A stretch of 64,000 nucleotides of DNA. Source: Candidatus Krumholzibacteriia bacterium. GTDB lineage: Bacteria; Krumholzibacteriota; Krumholzibacteriia; JAJRXK01. The stretch spans positions 32,001-96,000 of the forward strand of contig JBGPIA010000013.1 of assembly GCA_041484665.1 (NCBI GenBank), written 5' to 3'. Within the stretch, counting starts at the first letter, position 1. Each line of letters opens with the position of its first letter. The notes under the pieces are model-generated. The model was not told the origin of the DNA. It made no database searches and saw nothing but the letters and a program-made list of their open reading frames with translations. Positions 9,610-19,602 of this stretch are shown here, one piece after another. A program made the translations under genes and the position numbers.

Positions 9610-10332
9610 GTGGATCCAGAGCGCTGGCAGCGCATCCAGGAGCTCTTCGACGCGGCCCTCCCGCTGGGCGCGTCCGAGCGTGCGGATTTCCTCGACCGCG
9701 CTTGCGCGAGCGATGCCGATCTGCGCTCCGAACTCGCGACGCTGCTGCGACTTCACGACGGCGATCCGGCCTTTCTCGAGGAGCCTGCCAGCCCTCTGCC
9801 GATCGCGCCGGGGGCGAACCCGCAGGTGGATCTCAGGGAGATCCTGAAGGCGGATGATCGGCGGAAGGATCTCAGCGCCACGCCGGGGCCCGCCCCGGGG
9901 GCCGCGCCGGGGCCCGCGCCGGGAGCTAGCCCGATGGCCGTGCCGGGGCCCGCCCCGGGGCCCGCACCAGGAGCCGTCCCGGGGGCTAGCCGGATGGCCG
10001 TCCCGATAGCCGTCCCGGGGGCCGCTGCAGGCCCAGGCCGGGTGTTCGATCCGGCAATCCAGCTGGAGACCGACCCGCTGCAAGGCACGATGGTCGGCCC
10101 CTACCGCATCTTGCAGCGCCTGGGCGACGGCCTCGGCGGTCGCAACAGAGTCAACGTCCGCGTTTTCGGCGGACTCACGACCGACGAGACGGCCGAGGTC
10201 CTGCAAGTGGCACCCATGACGGTGAAACGGGCGTGGCTGCTAGCCAAGGCGTGGATTCGCAGGATGCGCAGGGAGATCGACGAGGGGGACGCCGGCGAGG
10301 GGGATGCCGGCGAGCGAGAGGCGCAATCGTGA
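9610..10332 (+). pseudogene. In-frame chimera: Ser/Thr kinase N-terminus fused to an ECF sigma (TIGR02999-like) C-terminus
   Basis: MDPERWQRIQELFDAAL...LDRAC..D..LR.E and GPYRILQRLG, then FGGLTTDETAEVLQVAPMTVKRAWLLAKAW. Confidence 0.7.
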
Positions 10333-13052
10333 TCGGTCGCCGAGTCGCTCACTACGAGATCGTCGAGCGGATCGGCGCGGGTGGGATGGGCGAAGTCTAC
10401 CGCGCGCGGGATACCACGCTCGGCCGCGACGTCGCCCTGAAGTTCCTGCCGGCGCCCCTGGCGTCCGATGCAGAGCGGCTGGCGCAGCTGCGGCGCGAAG
10501 GCAAGCTGCTCGCGTCGCTGAGTCACCCCAACATTGCTGCCATCTTCGGGCTGGAGGATGCGGGAGCCGACCACTTCCTCGTGCTCGAGCTGGTGCCAGG
10601 CGCGAGTCTCGCCGAGCGGCTGCGCGACGGGCCCTTGCCGGTGGCGCAGGTTCTGGAGGCCGGCCTGCAGATCTGCGATGCCCTGGCCGCGGCCCACGGA
10701 CAGAACCTGATCCACCGCGACCTGAAGCCGGGAAACGTGATGCTCCGTCCCGACGGGCGGGTCATCGTGTTGGACTTCGGCCTGGCGAAGGCGCTCGCCA
10801 GCGGGCCGGCGGCAGCGGACGGCGCTGGCGCGGGTGGCGCGGCTGCGACCTCGACTGCGGCTGCGACCGCGACTGCGACCTCGATCGGGTCGCCGCTGGC
10901 GGCCTCGGGCGGCGCGGCTGGCGCTGCCGCCGGCGCTGCGGCCGGCGACGCGCGCTGGGGGGGCACACCTCTCTATATGAGCCCCGAGCAGATCCGCGGG
11001 CGGGCCGTCGACACGCGGACCGATTTGTGGTCGCTCGGCTGCGTGCTGTACGAGTGTCTGACCGGGCACCCACCGTTTCACGGAGCCAGCGTCATGGACA
11101 TCCTCGGCTCGATCCTCAGCGACGAGCCGGAGTGGGGGGCGCTGCCTGCGGATGCCCCTGCCTCGTTGCGCACGATCCTGATCGCCTGCCTGCACAAGCC
11201 CGCCGACCGCCGCATCCAGACCGCCCGCGCCCTGCGCGAGCAGCTGCACGACGCGCGCGACCAGCTGCAAGCGCGGTCGCGCTCGGCCACAGCGACCGTG
11301 CGCCGCCTCGTCCAGGTGACCTTCGCGGATGCGGTCGAGGGCTCTCCTACCTGGTCCCCCGACGGGCGCGAGCTGGTCTACACCCTGCAGGTGGGCCGCG
11401 TGCGCAAGCTGATGCGCAAGAACCTCGAGACGGGCGAGACGCAGCAGATCACCCACGGCGAGCACGACGATTGGCAGCCGCGCTGGACGCCCGACGGAGC
11501 GCAGATCCTCTTCACGCGGGCGCGCGAGGCCGGGCGCAAGAGCGAGCCCGGCGACGTGTTCGGCGGTCACTTCGAAGAAGCAGACGTCTGGTGCCTGGGG
11601 CTGGTCACGGGCCGCGAGAACCGGCTCATCGAGAATGCCTACAACCCGGCCGCATCGCCCGACGGCGAGCGCATCGCCGTGGACGCATCGTGGGCAGGGC
11701 CGCGCCGCATCTGGATGGTGGACCGCTCTGGGCGCAACCCGCTGCAGATCACCACCGATACCTCCGAGGCGGTGACGCACGTGAGGCCGCGCTGGTCTCC
11801 CGACGGCCAGCGCATCGTGTTTCAGAACATCGAGCGCACGCAGTTCGACCTGCGGGTCGTCGACGTGCGTACGCGCGACATGCGGTGGCTGACGCGCGAT
11901 CTCTTTCACGACACCGGTCCCGAGTGGTCGCCATGCGGGCGGTTCGTGTACTTCACGTCGGCCTATCGCAGCGGCGGCCTGAATGTCTGGAGAGTCCCGG
12001 TGTCGCCCGAGGGAGCGCCTGCAGGGCCGTTGCAGCAGATCACTTCGGGTGCAGGCCAGGACGTGGAGGTGGCGGTTGCGCCGGACGGCCGCAAGCTGGC
12101 GTTCTCGATCCTGCGCCAGCACGCCTCGATCTGGCGTCTACCCGTCTCGCCCGAGACCGGCATCGCACAGGGCGCGCCCGAGAAGTTGGTCGCGACCACC
12201 CGCGAGGACAGCCGGGGGGCGTGGTCCCCGGATTGCCGTCTCGTGGCGTTCAACTCCGATCGCTCCGGTGACATGAATCTCTGGGTGCAGGAGATCGCAG
12301 GTGGCGGTGTCACGGGTGGCGGCCTGCCTGGTGGTCGCCTGGTGGGTGGTCGCCTGGCGGGCAGTGCCTTGCCTGGTGGTGGACTGCTGCAGATCACACG
12401 CGGACCGGGCGGCGACTACCAGCCGAATTGGTCGCCTGATGGGCGCACGCTCGCCTTCTTCAGCTCGCGCAATGGCAATCCCGGCATTTGGACCGTGGAT
12501 CTCGACTCGCTGCGCCTGCGGTGCCTGTCTCCGGCGGACTGCGTCGAGGTGAATCCCAGCTTTTCCCTCGACGGCGGGCGCATCGCGTACCAGTCCGATC
12601 GCGACGGGCGGCTGGAGGTGTGGGTGATGAACGCCGATGGCAGCGCCCCGCGGCAGCTCACGCGCATCGGCGTGATGGGCCATTTCCTGCGCTGGACTGG
12701 CGATGCACACTGGATTGTCTTCCGCTCACCGGGGCAGGGAAAGGCTGCAACCTACCGCATCGCGGTGGAGGGCGGGGCGGGTGGCGCCACGCCGGAGCAG
12801 CTCCCGGAGGTCATCGGCGGCTCGCACATGTCCTTCTCTCCCGACAGCAATATGATCCTCGATGTGCTCGGCCACCGGACGGTGTGGGTCTCTCCGTTGG
12901 ACGGGCGGCAACCCTGGCGCAGCTTCGAGTTCGACGACGCGGAGGTCCGGATCGACTACCCCGTCTGGTCACCTGACGGGCGCTGGGTGCTGTTCGACCG
13001 GTTCCGGCCGGAGGGTGGGGATATCTGGGTCGCGGAGGGGGTGGACGTGTAG
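10329..13052 (+). CDS. Ser/Thr protein kinase with TolB-like PD40/WD40 repeats
   Basis: IGAGGMGEVY, VALK, HRDLKPGN, DFGLAK, GTPLYMSPEQ; many P.WSPDG repeats; GTG start overlaps the upstream stop. Confidence 0.93.
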   Translation: MIGRRVAHYEIVERIGAGGMGEVYRARDTTLGRDVALKFLPAPLASDAERLAQLRREGKLLASLSHPNIAAIFGLEDAGADHFLVLELVPGASLAERLRDGPLPVAQVLEAGLQICDALAAAHGQNLIHRDLKPGNVMLRPDGRVIVLDFGLAKALASGPAAADGAGAGGAAATSTAAATATATSIGSPLAASGGAAGAAAGAAAGDARWGGTPLYMSPEQIRGRAVDTRTDLWSLGCVLYECLTGHPPFHGASVMDILGSILSDEPEWGALPADAPASLRTILIACLHKPADRRIQTARALREQLHDARDQLQARSRSATATVRRLVQVTFADAVEGSPTWSPDGRELVYTLQVGRVRKLMRKNLETGETQQITHGEHDDWQPRWTPDGAQILFTRAREAGRKSEPGDVFGGHFEEADVWCLGLVTGRENRLIENAYNPAASPDGERIAVDASWAGPRRIWMVDRSGRNPLQITTDTSEAVTHVRPRWSPDGQRIVFQNIERTQFDLRVVDVRTRDMRWLTRDLFHDTGPEWSPCGRFVYFTSAYRSGGLNVWRVPVSPEGAPAGPLQQITSGAGQDVEVAVAPDGRKLAFSILRQHASIWRLPVSPETGIAQGAPEKLVATTREDSRGAWSPDCRLVAFNSDRSGDMNLWVQEIAGGGVTGGGLPGGRLVGGRLAGSALPGGGLLQITRGPGGDYQPNWSPDGRTLAFFSSRNGNPGIWTVDLDSLRLRCLSPADCVEVNPSFSLDGGRIAYQSDRDGRLEVWVMNADGSAPRQLTRIGVMGHFLRWTGDAHWIVFRSPGQGKAATYRIAVEGGAGGATPEQLPEVIGGSHMSFSPDSNMILDVLGHRTVWVSPLDGRQPWRSFEFDDAEVRIDYPVWSPDGRWVLFDRFRPEGGDIWVAEGVDV

Positions 13053-13202
13053 GGAGCGGCCAACGGCCGCCGGGCTTCAATTGCACGGTGATGGCGGCGG
13101 CGGATCAGATCGAGCGCTACCCCGCCCTCGCGCTGGCGCGGCAGGAACGTGCCGAAAGCGCACTGGCGCTGGGATTCCATGCGTCGGCCGCTGCACATCA
13201 AT

Positions 13203-13244
13203 TTGCTCAGAGCATTGAGCAATTCTGCTCAATGCTCTTGGCAC
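13203..13244. repeat. Tandem TGCTCA-N6-TGAGCA palindromes (dispersed family)
   Basis: TTGCTCA GAGCAT TGAGCA ATTC TGCTCA ATGCTC TTGGCA. Confidence 0.7.
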
Positions 13245-13333
13245 CGGTAGAGCCTCCACAGGAGGAGGTCGCGCCCCTCGGGAGGGCCCAGGAGAGACCG
13301 CACGCTGCCGCGCGTGTGTGACCAGCCCGTGGG

Positions 13334-15016
13334 TCAGGTTACCGCCCCCTGCGCGAACCATCTCCGTCGGCGCCGATCGAAGTACACCCACAGCCACCCG
13401 GTCTTCTCGGTGCGCACATAGTGGTACTCGCGGTGGATCTCGCGCACCCACCAGCCGCCGGTGACGACGAACGGACCGATCGCCTCCTGCACCGGGCCGC
13501 CTTCCAAGCCAAGGATCATCCAGCCGTCGGGCTCGTTGCGCTGCTGGCGCGAGAGCGCGAGCGGACGCTGCAGCAAGCGGCGGATGAGTGGGCGGTTGAG
13601 CACGACGCGCGGCTTGGCGTCGGGGAGCGCGGACACTGGCGCGCCGCTTTGGCCTGTGCGCACCGGGTCGCCCGATCCTCCTTCCCATACCTCCCATCCG
13701 AACCGCGCCTCCGGCAGGTGCCCGTCGGTGAGCTGCGCGCGCGCGATCGCGCCATCGCCGAACATCGCCCGCAGCCGCGCGAAGGCGCGGCCGGCCGCCG
13801 CCCGGTCGCGCTGCGGGCTCTGGGGAAAGAGCTCGAGCTGGTCGCGGTCCGGGGCGGCGCCCGCCAGCTGCAGCTCGATCCGGGCCACACCCGAGCCCAG
13901 GCCCCCGTTGAGCTGGAGCGCCTCGAGGCGCAAGCGGATCAGTTCGAGCATCTGCCGCAGGTCGCGAGTGGGGCGCGCAGGGTGGAGGTGATGCTCGATG
14001 GTGGAGGTGGCCGTTCCTGGTGCGGCGGGCCCCGCCGGCCGCTCCGCGGCCCGCCCCGCCCCTCGCGGCGCATCCTCCAACCCCAACCGCAGCGCCAACA
14101 TCGCTACCAGCTGCCGCCGCCGCCCCAGCTCCGCGACCAGCTGCCGCAGCAGCTCCTCGATCACGCGCATCAGCCGCTCCAGGTCGGCTTCTGGGTGGTC
14201 GAGGTGCGCTTTCGCTTCGATCGGCTCCTCCGCTGGCTGTGGTTGCAGCGGCGCCCACATCTCCCCCCGCGCGAGCTGCTGCAGCCGGTGCGCCTGCGGG
14301 CCGAAGCGCTCGAGCACCCCGTCGACCGGCAGGTTCAGGAAACCGCCCAGCGTGCTGATGCCCAGCTGGAGCAGGGCGTCGCGCAGCTGCGGCTCGAAGC
14401 CCAGGCGGTCGAGGGGAATGCCGCGAGCGAGCGCGGCCTCCTGCTGGGCGCTCTCCAGTACCAGGACGCCGGGGTGCCAACCTGAGCTGTCCCGACCGCC
14501 GCCCGCGCGTGGCGTAGCGCGTGGCGTGGCGCACGGTGTGGCCCTGGCCAGGGCGTAGGTCCCAAAGCGTGAGAAGCCGACAACCACCGAGCACAGCCAG
14601 CCCTCGCGCGTGAGGTCGTCGTGGATGAGGCGCGCCCAGCGCTCCAAGGATGGGTGCAGCAGCGAGAGCCCGCTGGCGCCCAGCCAGAAGCCTCCGACAT
14701 CCCTCGTCGCAACCTCCGCCGCCTCGACATCTGCCGTATAGAACCGCAGTCGGGCGGCCAGCTCGGTGACGGCCTGGACGATCTCAGCAGCCCCGACGAT
14801 GCCTGCCCGAAGCTCGCGGCACAGCGCCAGTCCCTGGGCGTAGCGCATCCCGGGCAGGATGCGCAGTCGGTAGGCGTGGGCGTTGACCCAGAGGATCAGG
14901 CCCTGCGGCTTGTCACGGTCGATGACCACGGCGGGGTGGGCGCACCAGTCGCGGTTGCGGCGCAGCAGCAACTGCAGCGGCAGGGCGGGAAGGGTGAGGC
15001 AGGCCAGGTGGTCCAT
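13334..15016 (-). CDS. imuB: ImuB, catalytically inactive Y-family polymerase
   Basis: ACLTLPALPLQ, VNAHA...I.PGM...Q.LALC, LGISTLG, QLELF clamp-binding motif, IGPFVVTGGWW...REYHY...WLWVYFD...WF.QG. Confidence 0.88.
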   Translation of the reverse strand: MDHLACLTLPALPLQLLLRRNRDWCAHPAVVIDRDKPQGLILWVNAHAYRLRILPGMRYAQGLALCRELRAGIVGAAEIVQAVTELAARLRFYTADVEAAEVATRDVGGFWLGASGLSLLHPSLERWARLIHDDLTREGWLCSVVVGFSRFGTYALARATPCATPRATPRAGGGRDSSGWHPGVLVLESAQQEAALARGIPLDRLGFEPQLRDALLQLGISTLGGFLNLPVDGVLERFGPQAHRLQQLARGEMWAPLQPQPAEEPIEAKAHLDHPEADLERLMRVIEELLRQLVAELGRRRQLVAMLALRLGLEDAPRGAGRAAERPAGPAAPGTATSTIEHHLHPARPTRDLRQMLELIRLRLEALQLNGGLGSGVARIELQLAGAAPDRDQLELFPQSPQRDRAAAGRAFARLRAMFGDGAIARAQLTDGHLPEARFGWEVWEGGSGDPVRTGQSGAPVSALPDAKPRVVLNRPLIRRLLQRPLALSRQQRNEPDGWMILGLEGGPVQEAIGPFVVTGGWWVREIHREYHYVRTEKTGWLWVYFDRRRRRWFAQGAVT

Positions 15017-15051
15017 GGCAGAGTTCCCAATGCCCCGGGGAGGCCGAGATC

Positions 15052-15080
15052 ACTATAGAAGAATTTTGTCTGATAAACAA
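15052..15080 (-). promoter_or_regulatory. imuB sigma70 promoter with candidate LexA box
   Basis: Minus strand TTGTTT-17bp-TATAGT; the spacer contains AGACAAAATTCT (15060-15071). Confidence 0.75.
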
Positions 15081-15301
15081 ACGGTGGAAGAACGCCCCCT
15101 CGTTGCAAGATCGGCGAATGGCCCATGGGCCCGGCCAGGGGCGGCACCACGGCTGCGAGCCGAGCCGGCAGGTCTAAGGAATGTAACCACGCGGATGGCG
15201 TGCGTTCATTTCGCCGACGCTCTACCAGTGTCAAAGTCATTGAGTAGATTGACTCAATGCAATGACCCGCCTCCGAGGGCTCCAAGAGCCGTACCCATCC
15301 C

Positions 15302-16591
15302 ATGGAGTTCCAGCGCAAGAAACTGCTCGAGCCTCTCCTGCAACGCATTCATGAGCCTCGGCGCTCCTTGCTCGTGCTCGCCGGGCCGCGTCAGACTGGC
15401 AAGACAACGCTGGCCCTCCAGGCGGCGCGGGCCAGCGGACCGCGGGTGCGATATGCGCCCGCCGACGAGCCATCGCTGCGCGACCGCGTGTGGCTCGAGC
15501 AACAGTGGGACCTGGCCAGGGACCTCGCTCGCCGTGGGGCGCCCGCCGATACGTACCGTGCAGCGGGCCATAGCGGCGTCGGGGAAGCACTTCTGATCCT
15601 CGACGAGGTCCAGAAGATCGAGGGCTGGGCGGACGTGGTGAAAGCGCTGTGGGACGACGACACGGCGACGGGCCTGCCCCTGAGAATCGTGCTGATCGAA
15701 TCGTCCCCCGAGCACATGCAGCGCAGCCTAGACGCGAGCCTCTCCGGACGGTTCGAGCTGATCCATGTGCCGCACTGGTCCTTCGCCGAGATGCGCGATG
15801 CCTTTGGGTGGAGCGTCGACCAGTACATCTGCTTCGGGGGCTATCCCGGCGCGGCGCCCCTGATCGGCGAGCGACAGCGGTGGGCACGATACGTCGCCGA
15901 GTCGATCGTGGAGACCGCGGTGTCGCGCGACGTGCTCCTGACGACAAGGGTCGACAAACCAGCATTGCTGCACCGGCTGCTGCAGCTCGCCTGCGGGCAC
16001 TCGGGGCGGGAGCTCTCGTACCAGAAGATGCTCGGCCGGCTCGTGGACGCCGGCAATACGACGACGCTGGCGCACTATCTCGGGCTGCTGTCGGCGGCGG
16101 GGCTGGTGGCGGGGTTGCAGAAGTTCACCGGCGAGCAGGTACGGCAGCGTGGATCGAGCCCCAAACTGCAGGTATACAACCCAGCGCTCATGACTGCGTC
16201 GATGACCCTGTCGACGACTGCGCCGATGGGGATCGCGGCGGACGCGCCGCCGGCCGCCGCGCAGACCTTGGAGGACGTGCGCCACGATCCCGACCTGTGG
16301 GGTCGCCTCGTGGAGTCCGCCGTCGGGGCCCACCTGCTCAACGCGTCTGGCGCCGGAGGGTACGAGCTCTTCTACTGGCGCGACCGCAACCGCGTTGTGG
16401 ACTTCGTGGCGCGCGGTCAGCGCGGAATGCTCGCCATCGGGGTCAAGAGCAGCCAGCGGCGCCTGGTGGTGCCGGCACTGGAGTCATTTCGCAATGCGAA
16501 CCCGGGCATGCGTGCGCTGCTCATTGGTGGGCGCGGCATGCCGCTGGAAGCCTTCCTGCTGGCCGAGCCCGGGCGGTGGGTGGATGGGTAG
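15302..16591 (+). CDS. AAA_14 ATPase with C-terminal DUF4143 domain
   Basis: GPRQTGKTT, LILDEVQK, LSGRF, FGGYPG, SSPKL, GRLVESAVGAHL, YWRD...VDFV. Confidence 0.9.
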   Translation: MEFQRKKLLEPLLQRIHEPRRSLLVLAGPRQTGKTTLALQAARASGPRVRYAPADEPSLRDRVWLEQQWDLARDLARRGAPADTYRAAGHSGVGEALLILDEVQKIEGWADVVKALWDDDTATGLPLRIVLIESSPEHMQRSLDASLSGRFELIHVPHWSFAEMRDAFGWSVDQYICFGGYPGAAPLIGERQRWARYVAESIVETAVSRDVLLTTRVDKPALLHRLLQLACGHSGRELSYQKMLGRLVDAGNTTTLAHYLGLLSAAGLVAGLQKFTGEQVRQRGSSPKLQVYNPALMTASMTLSTTAPMGIAADAPPAAAQTLEDVRHDPDLWGRLVESAVGAHLLNASGAGGYELFYWRDRNRVVDFVARGQRGMLAIGVKSSQRRLVVPALESFRNANPGMRALLIGGRGMPLEAFLLAEPGRWVDG

Positions 16592-16818
16592 ATCCGCCGC
16601 GGGTTCAGCTCCGACGCGCTCCGGAGGTGCTAGAGGTCGCCCAGCGGACACTCCACCACGGCCAAAATGGTTGAGCAAAACTACTCGATGTCTTGAGCAA
16701 ATCGACGGGTGACGGGCACCATTCCCCCGCGATTCCGGTAAGCGCTTGCAGGGCGCCATCGTTGCCACTCCCCGGCAGATGGCATTCGAGTCGAAGCTAG
16801 CGACGGCTAGAAAAAGTC

Positions 16819-16847
16819 TTGACCGTGTTCGCTAAGTCAGCTAACAT
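16819..16847 (+). promoter_or_regulatory. Sigma70 promoter of the sigma-factor gene with overlapping operator
   Basis: TTGACC-17bp-TAACAT; GTGTTCGCTAAGTCAGCTAAC (16825-16845) fills the spacer and overlaps -10. Confidence 0.7.
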
Positions 16848-17065
16848 ATGGAACAAAGACGCATCCAATCTGGGACAGAAGGGCGTCCCCCCCCCCCGGA
16901 CCCAGAGGACAACCCCCTGGGACGAGCGGACATCCCACCCGGGTCCTGAAATCCGGCGGCCGGCGGCCTGGGCCCCGCCTGCAGATCTGCCTCAGCTCGC
17001 CATGGCCGGCCGAGGCCGCCCACGGGACCGACACTTCAGGATACAGACGCAAGAGGACGGAATCC

Positions 17066-17923
17066 ATGTACGAGGTCGAGAGAGGTTCGGATCGCCGCCA
17101 GGACCAGGCGCTGCAGCACTATCTCAAGGGGATCGGACGCTACCCGCTGCTGACCAAGGAGCAGGAGTTCGCGCTGGCCCGGCGCATCCGCAACGGCGAC
17201 GCCGCGGCGCTGGAGAAGCTCGTCTACTCCAACCTGCGCTTTGTCGTGAGCGTTGCCAAACGCTACGCGGGCCACGGCCTGAGCTTCCTGGACCTGATCG
17301 CGGAGGGGAACTCCGGCCTGATCACCGCGGCGCGCCGCTTCGATGAGCGGCGCACCTTCCGATTCATCAGCTACGCGGTGTGGTGGATCCGCCAGGCGAT
17401 CCAGAAGGCTCTGGCCGAGCAGACGCATACGGTGCGCCTGCCGATCAACCGCTCGCAGCAAGGTCAGAGGTTGCGCAGGATCAACAACCGCCTCGAGCAG
17501 AAGCGCGGCGGCTCCGTCCACGCGGAGGAAGTGGCCAAGGAGCTGCAGATCTCGGTGAAGAAGCTCTATGAGATCAACGCTGTGCTGCGTCCGCTGCTGA
17601 GCCTGGACGCGAGCCTGCACGACGACGACGGCCAGCCGTTGCAAGAGATCCTGGCGAACCCGGAGGATGCGACACCGGAGGAGAGCTTCGTGCAGGACGA
17701 GTTGCGGCTGCAGCTGGAGGCGGCGATGACGAAGCTCACGAACCGCGAGCGCAGCATCGTGATGCGCTACTACGGGCTCGAGGGCGACGAGTGCTCTTCC
17801 CTGGAGGCGATCGGCGAGGACATCAACCTCTCGCGCGAACGGGTACGGCAGATCCGCAACGACGCACTGCGCAAGATGCGCCACGCGGCGACCGGGGCTG
17901 GCCTGGGCGACTACCTTGCCTAG
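17066..17923 (+). CDS. RNA polymerase sigma70 factor, RpoD/RpoS-like, lacking region 1.1
   Basis: YLKGIGRYPLLT.EQE, NLRFVVSVAKRY, DLIAEGN.GL, FISYAVWWIRQAI, LSRERVRQI. Confidence 0.95.
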   Translation: MYEVERGSDRRQDQALQHYLKGIGRYPLLTKEQEFALARRIRNGDAAALEKLVYSNLRFVVSVAKRYAGHGLSFLDLIAEGNSGLITAARRFDERRTFRFISYAVWWIRQAIQKALAEQTHTVRLPINRSQQGQRLRRINNRLEQKRGGSVHAEEVAKELQISVKKLYEINAVLRPLLSLDASLHDDDGQPLQEILANPEDATPEESFVQDELRLQLEAAMTKLTNRERSIVMRYYGLEGDECSSLEAIGEDINLSRERVRQIRNDALRKMRHAATGAGLGDYLA

Positions 17924-17972
17924 CCGCGTCGCGCCTCCCACCAGGACAGCGCATTTCGAACGTTCGCGCGGT

Positions 17973-18086
17973 CCTTCGGGCGATTGTTCGGGCCGTTGTT
18001 CGGGCCGTTGTTCGGGTCATTGTTCCGGCCGTTGTTCGGGCTGTTCTTCGTCCCGCCCGGCGCGTCATTGTTCCGGTCATCGTTCG
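17973..18086. repeat. 12-bp tandem repeats (TTGTTCGGGCCG-like)
   Basis: About 9 imperfect units between the sigma and XRE genes. Confidence 0.8.
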
Positions 18087-18141
18087 ACGCGTCCGGCGCG
18101 CGGCCCAACGCCAGGGTCGATCGCCCTCGCCTGTGTTCGCC

Positions 18142-18567
18142 ATGTCAGCTAACGCGAGAAACAAAAAAACGACGCCCCTCGGTCAGGAGGTCCGGCGGCT
18201 CCGCTTGGAGGCTGGCGACACGCTGCGCGGGCTCGCCAAGAAGCTCTCCATATCGCCGGCACATCTGTCGGACATCGAGCACGACCGGCGCCGGCCCTCT
18301 GAGAACCTGCTGCGCAGGATCGCGCATGAACTCCGCGCTGTCGGCGCGACGTTCGCTTCGCTCGAGGTGCTCATCACTGGGATCGACCCCCAGACGCGCG
18401 AATGGGCCGCATCGACGCCGGGAGCGCGCGCGCTGCTTCGGAAGGTGCTCGGAGCGGGCGCGGACCCCCTCGAGATCCTCCGCGCTCTGGAGAAAGGCGT
18501 GGCGCGCAACGGACGCCGGAGCACCCGGAGAGCGCAGGGAACCGGAACGAACCGAAAGGTCCGCTGA
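18142..18567 (+). CDS. XRE-family HTH transcriptional regulator
   Basis: LGQEVRRLRLEAGDTLRGLAKKLSISPAHLSDIEHDRRRPSENLLRRIA. Confidence 0.85.
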   Translation: MSANARNKKTTPLGQEVRRLRLEAGDTLRGLAKKLSISPAHLSDIEHDRRRPSENLLRRIAHELRAVGATFASLEVLITGIDPQTREWAASTPGARALLRKVLGAGADPLEILRALEKGVARNGRRSTRRAQGTGTNRKVR

Positions 18568-18793
18568 CCGGGTTGGGCTCGCCCGAGATCGCGCTGAGCT
18601 GGAAGCCAGTGTCAGACGGATCCGGGCCATCCAAGGCCGCAAGCCCGTCTACCCGGCGTTGCGCCGGACGCTCCCCTCGGCGAGCACTGGATCGGTCCAG
18701 TCCCGGCCAGAAGGGACAGGCATCCTGGAGGCCTCTGCAGTCACAGGAATCCTGGAGCCCTCCGCGAGCCTTCCTTTGTCCGTGTAGACCGGG

Positions 18794-19261
18794 TCAACCC
18801 CGCTCTCCCTGATCCTGTTCCTGCGCGCTGCGATTCCCCGACACGATCCGCTCGTACTGCGTTTCCATGAGCGGACTCGACAGCATGAAGTCGGCGCTCG
18901 CGCGGTTGCACGCGATCGGCGTGTTGTACACCACCGCGATGCGGAGCAGGGCCTTCACGTCGACGTCGTGCGGGTGCGGCTCGAGCGGATCCCAGAAGAA
19001 GACGACGAAGTCGATGCGCCCCTCGGCAATTGCGGCGCCAACCTGCTGATCGCCACCCAGCGGCCCGCTCAGGAACCGCGTGACCTCCAGCCCGAGCTCG
19101 GCCGCCAGCAAGCCGCCCGTCGTCCCGGTGGCGTAGAGCTCGTGCCGCGCGAGCGTCCCCCGGTTGAAGCGGGCCCACTCCAACAGGTGCCCCTTGCGGT
19201 TGTCGTGCGCGATGAGGGCGATCCGCTTGCGCTCGGCCATGCGGACAGTGGGTCGGGTCAT
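18794..19261 (-). CDS. mgsA: Methylglyoxal synthase
   Basis: [48 protein letters not shown]. Confidence 0.97.
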   Translation of the reverse strand: MTRPTVRMAERKRIALIAHDNRKGHLLEWARFNRGTLARHELYATGTTGGLLAAELGLEVTRFLSGPLGGDQQVGAAIAEGRIDFVVFFWDPLEPHPHDVDVKALLRIAVVYNTPIACNRASADFMLSSPLMETQYERIVSGNRSAQEQDQGERG

Positions 19262-19602
19262 TGCTGTCTCCACACGTTTCGGTGGGGGTGTCGAACGGTT
19301 CGCCGCATGGGTGGGGTTCGGTGCGCGGCGGGTCGCCGGGTCGGCCGATCGGTGCTCAACGCGGTGGGTCGGTTGGTCGGCCGACGGGCGCTGAACGCGG
19401 CGGGTGGATGTCGGATCGGCCGGTGGATGCTCGGACTGACCGGTGAGGGTCGGCTCTGCCGCTGAATGCCCGGATCCGCCGGTGGGTGCGGACTCGGCCG
19501 GCGAGCGTCGGGTTGGCCCGCGCCAAATCCGCCCGCACCACGTCCGCCCGCACCGATTCGGCCGGCACCCGAGCGAGCGTGGTCCCGGCGCCTGGACGAG
19601 CC

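Noticed and set aside
13088..13321. 77-aa ORF after the kinase
   Set aside because: No RBS or recognisable motif; overlaps the palindromic repeat; not dnaE2.
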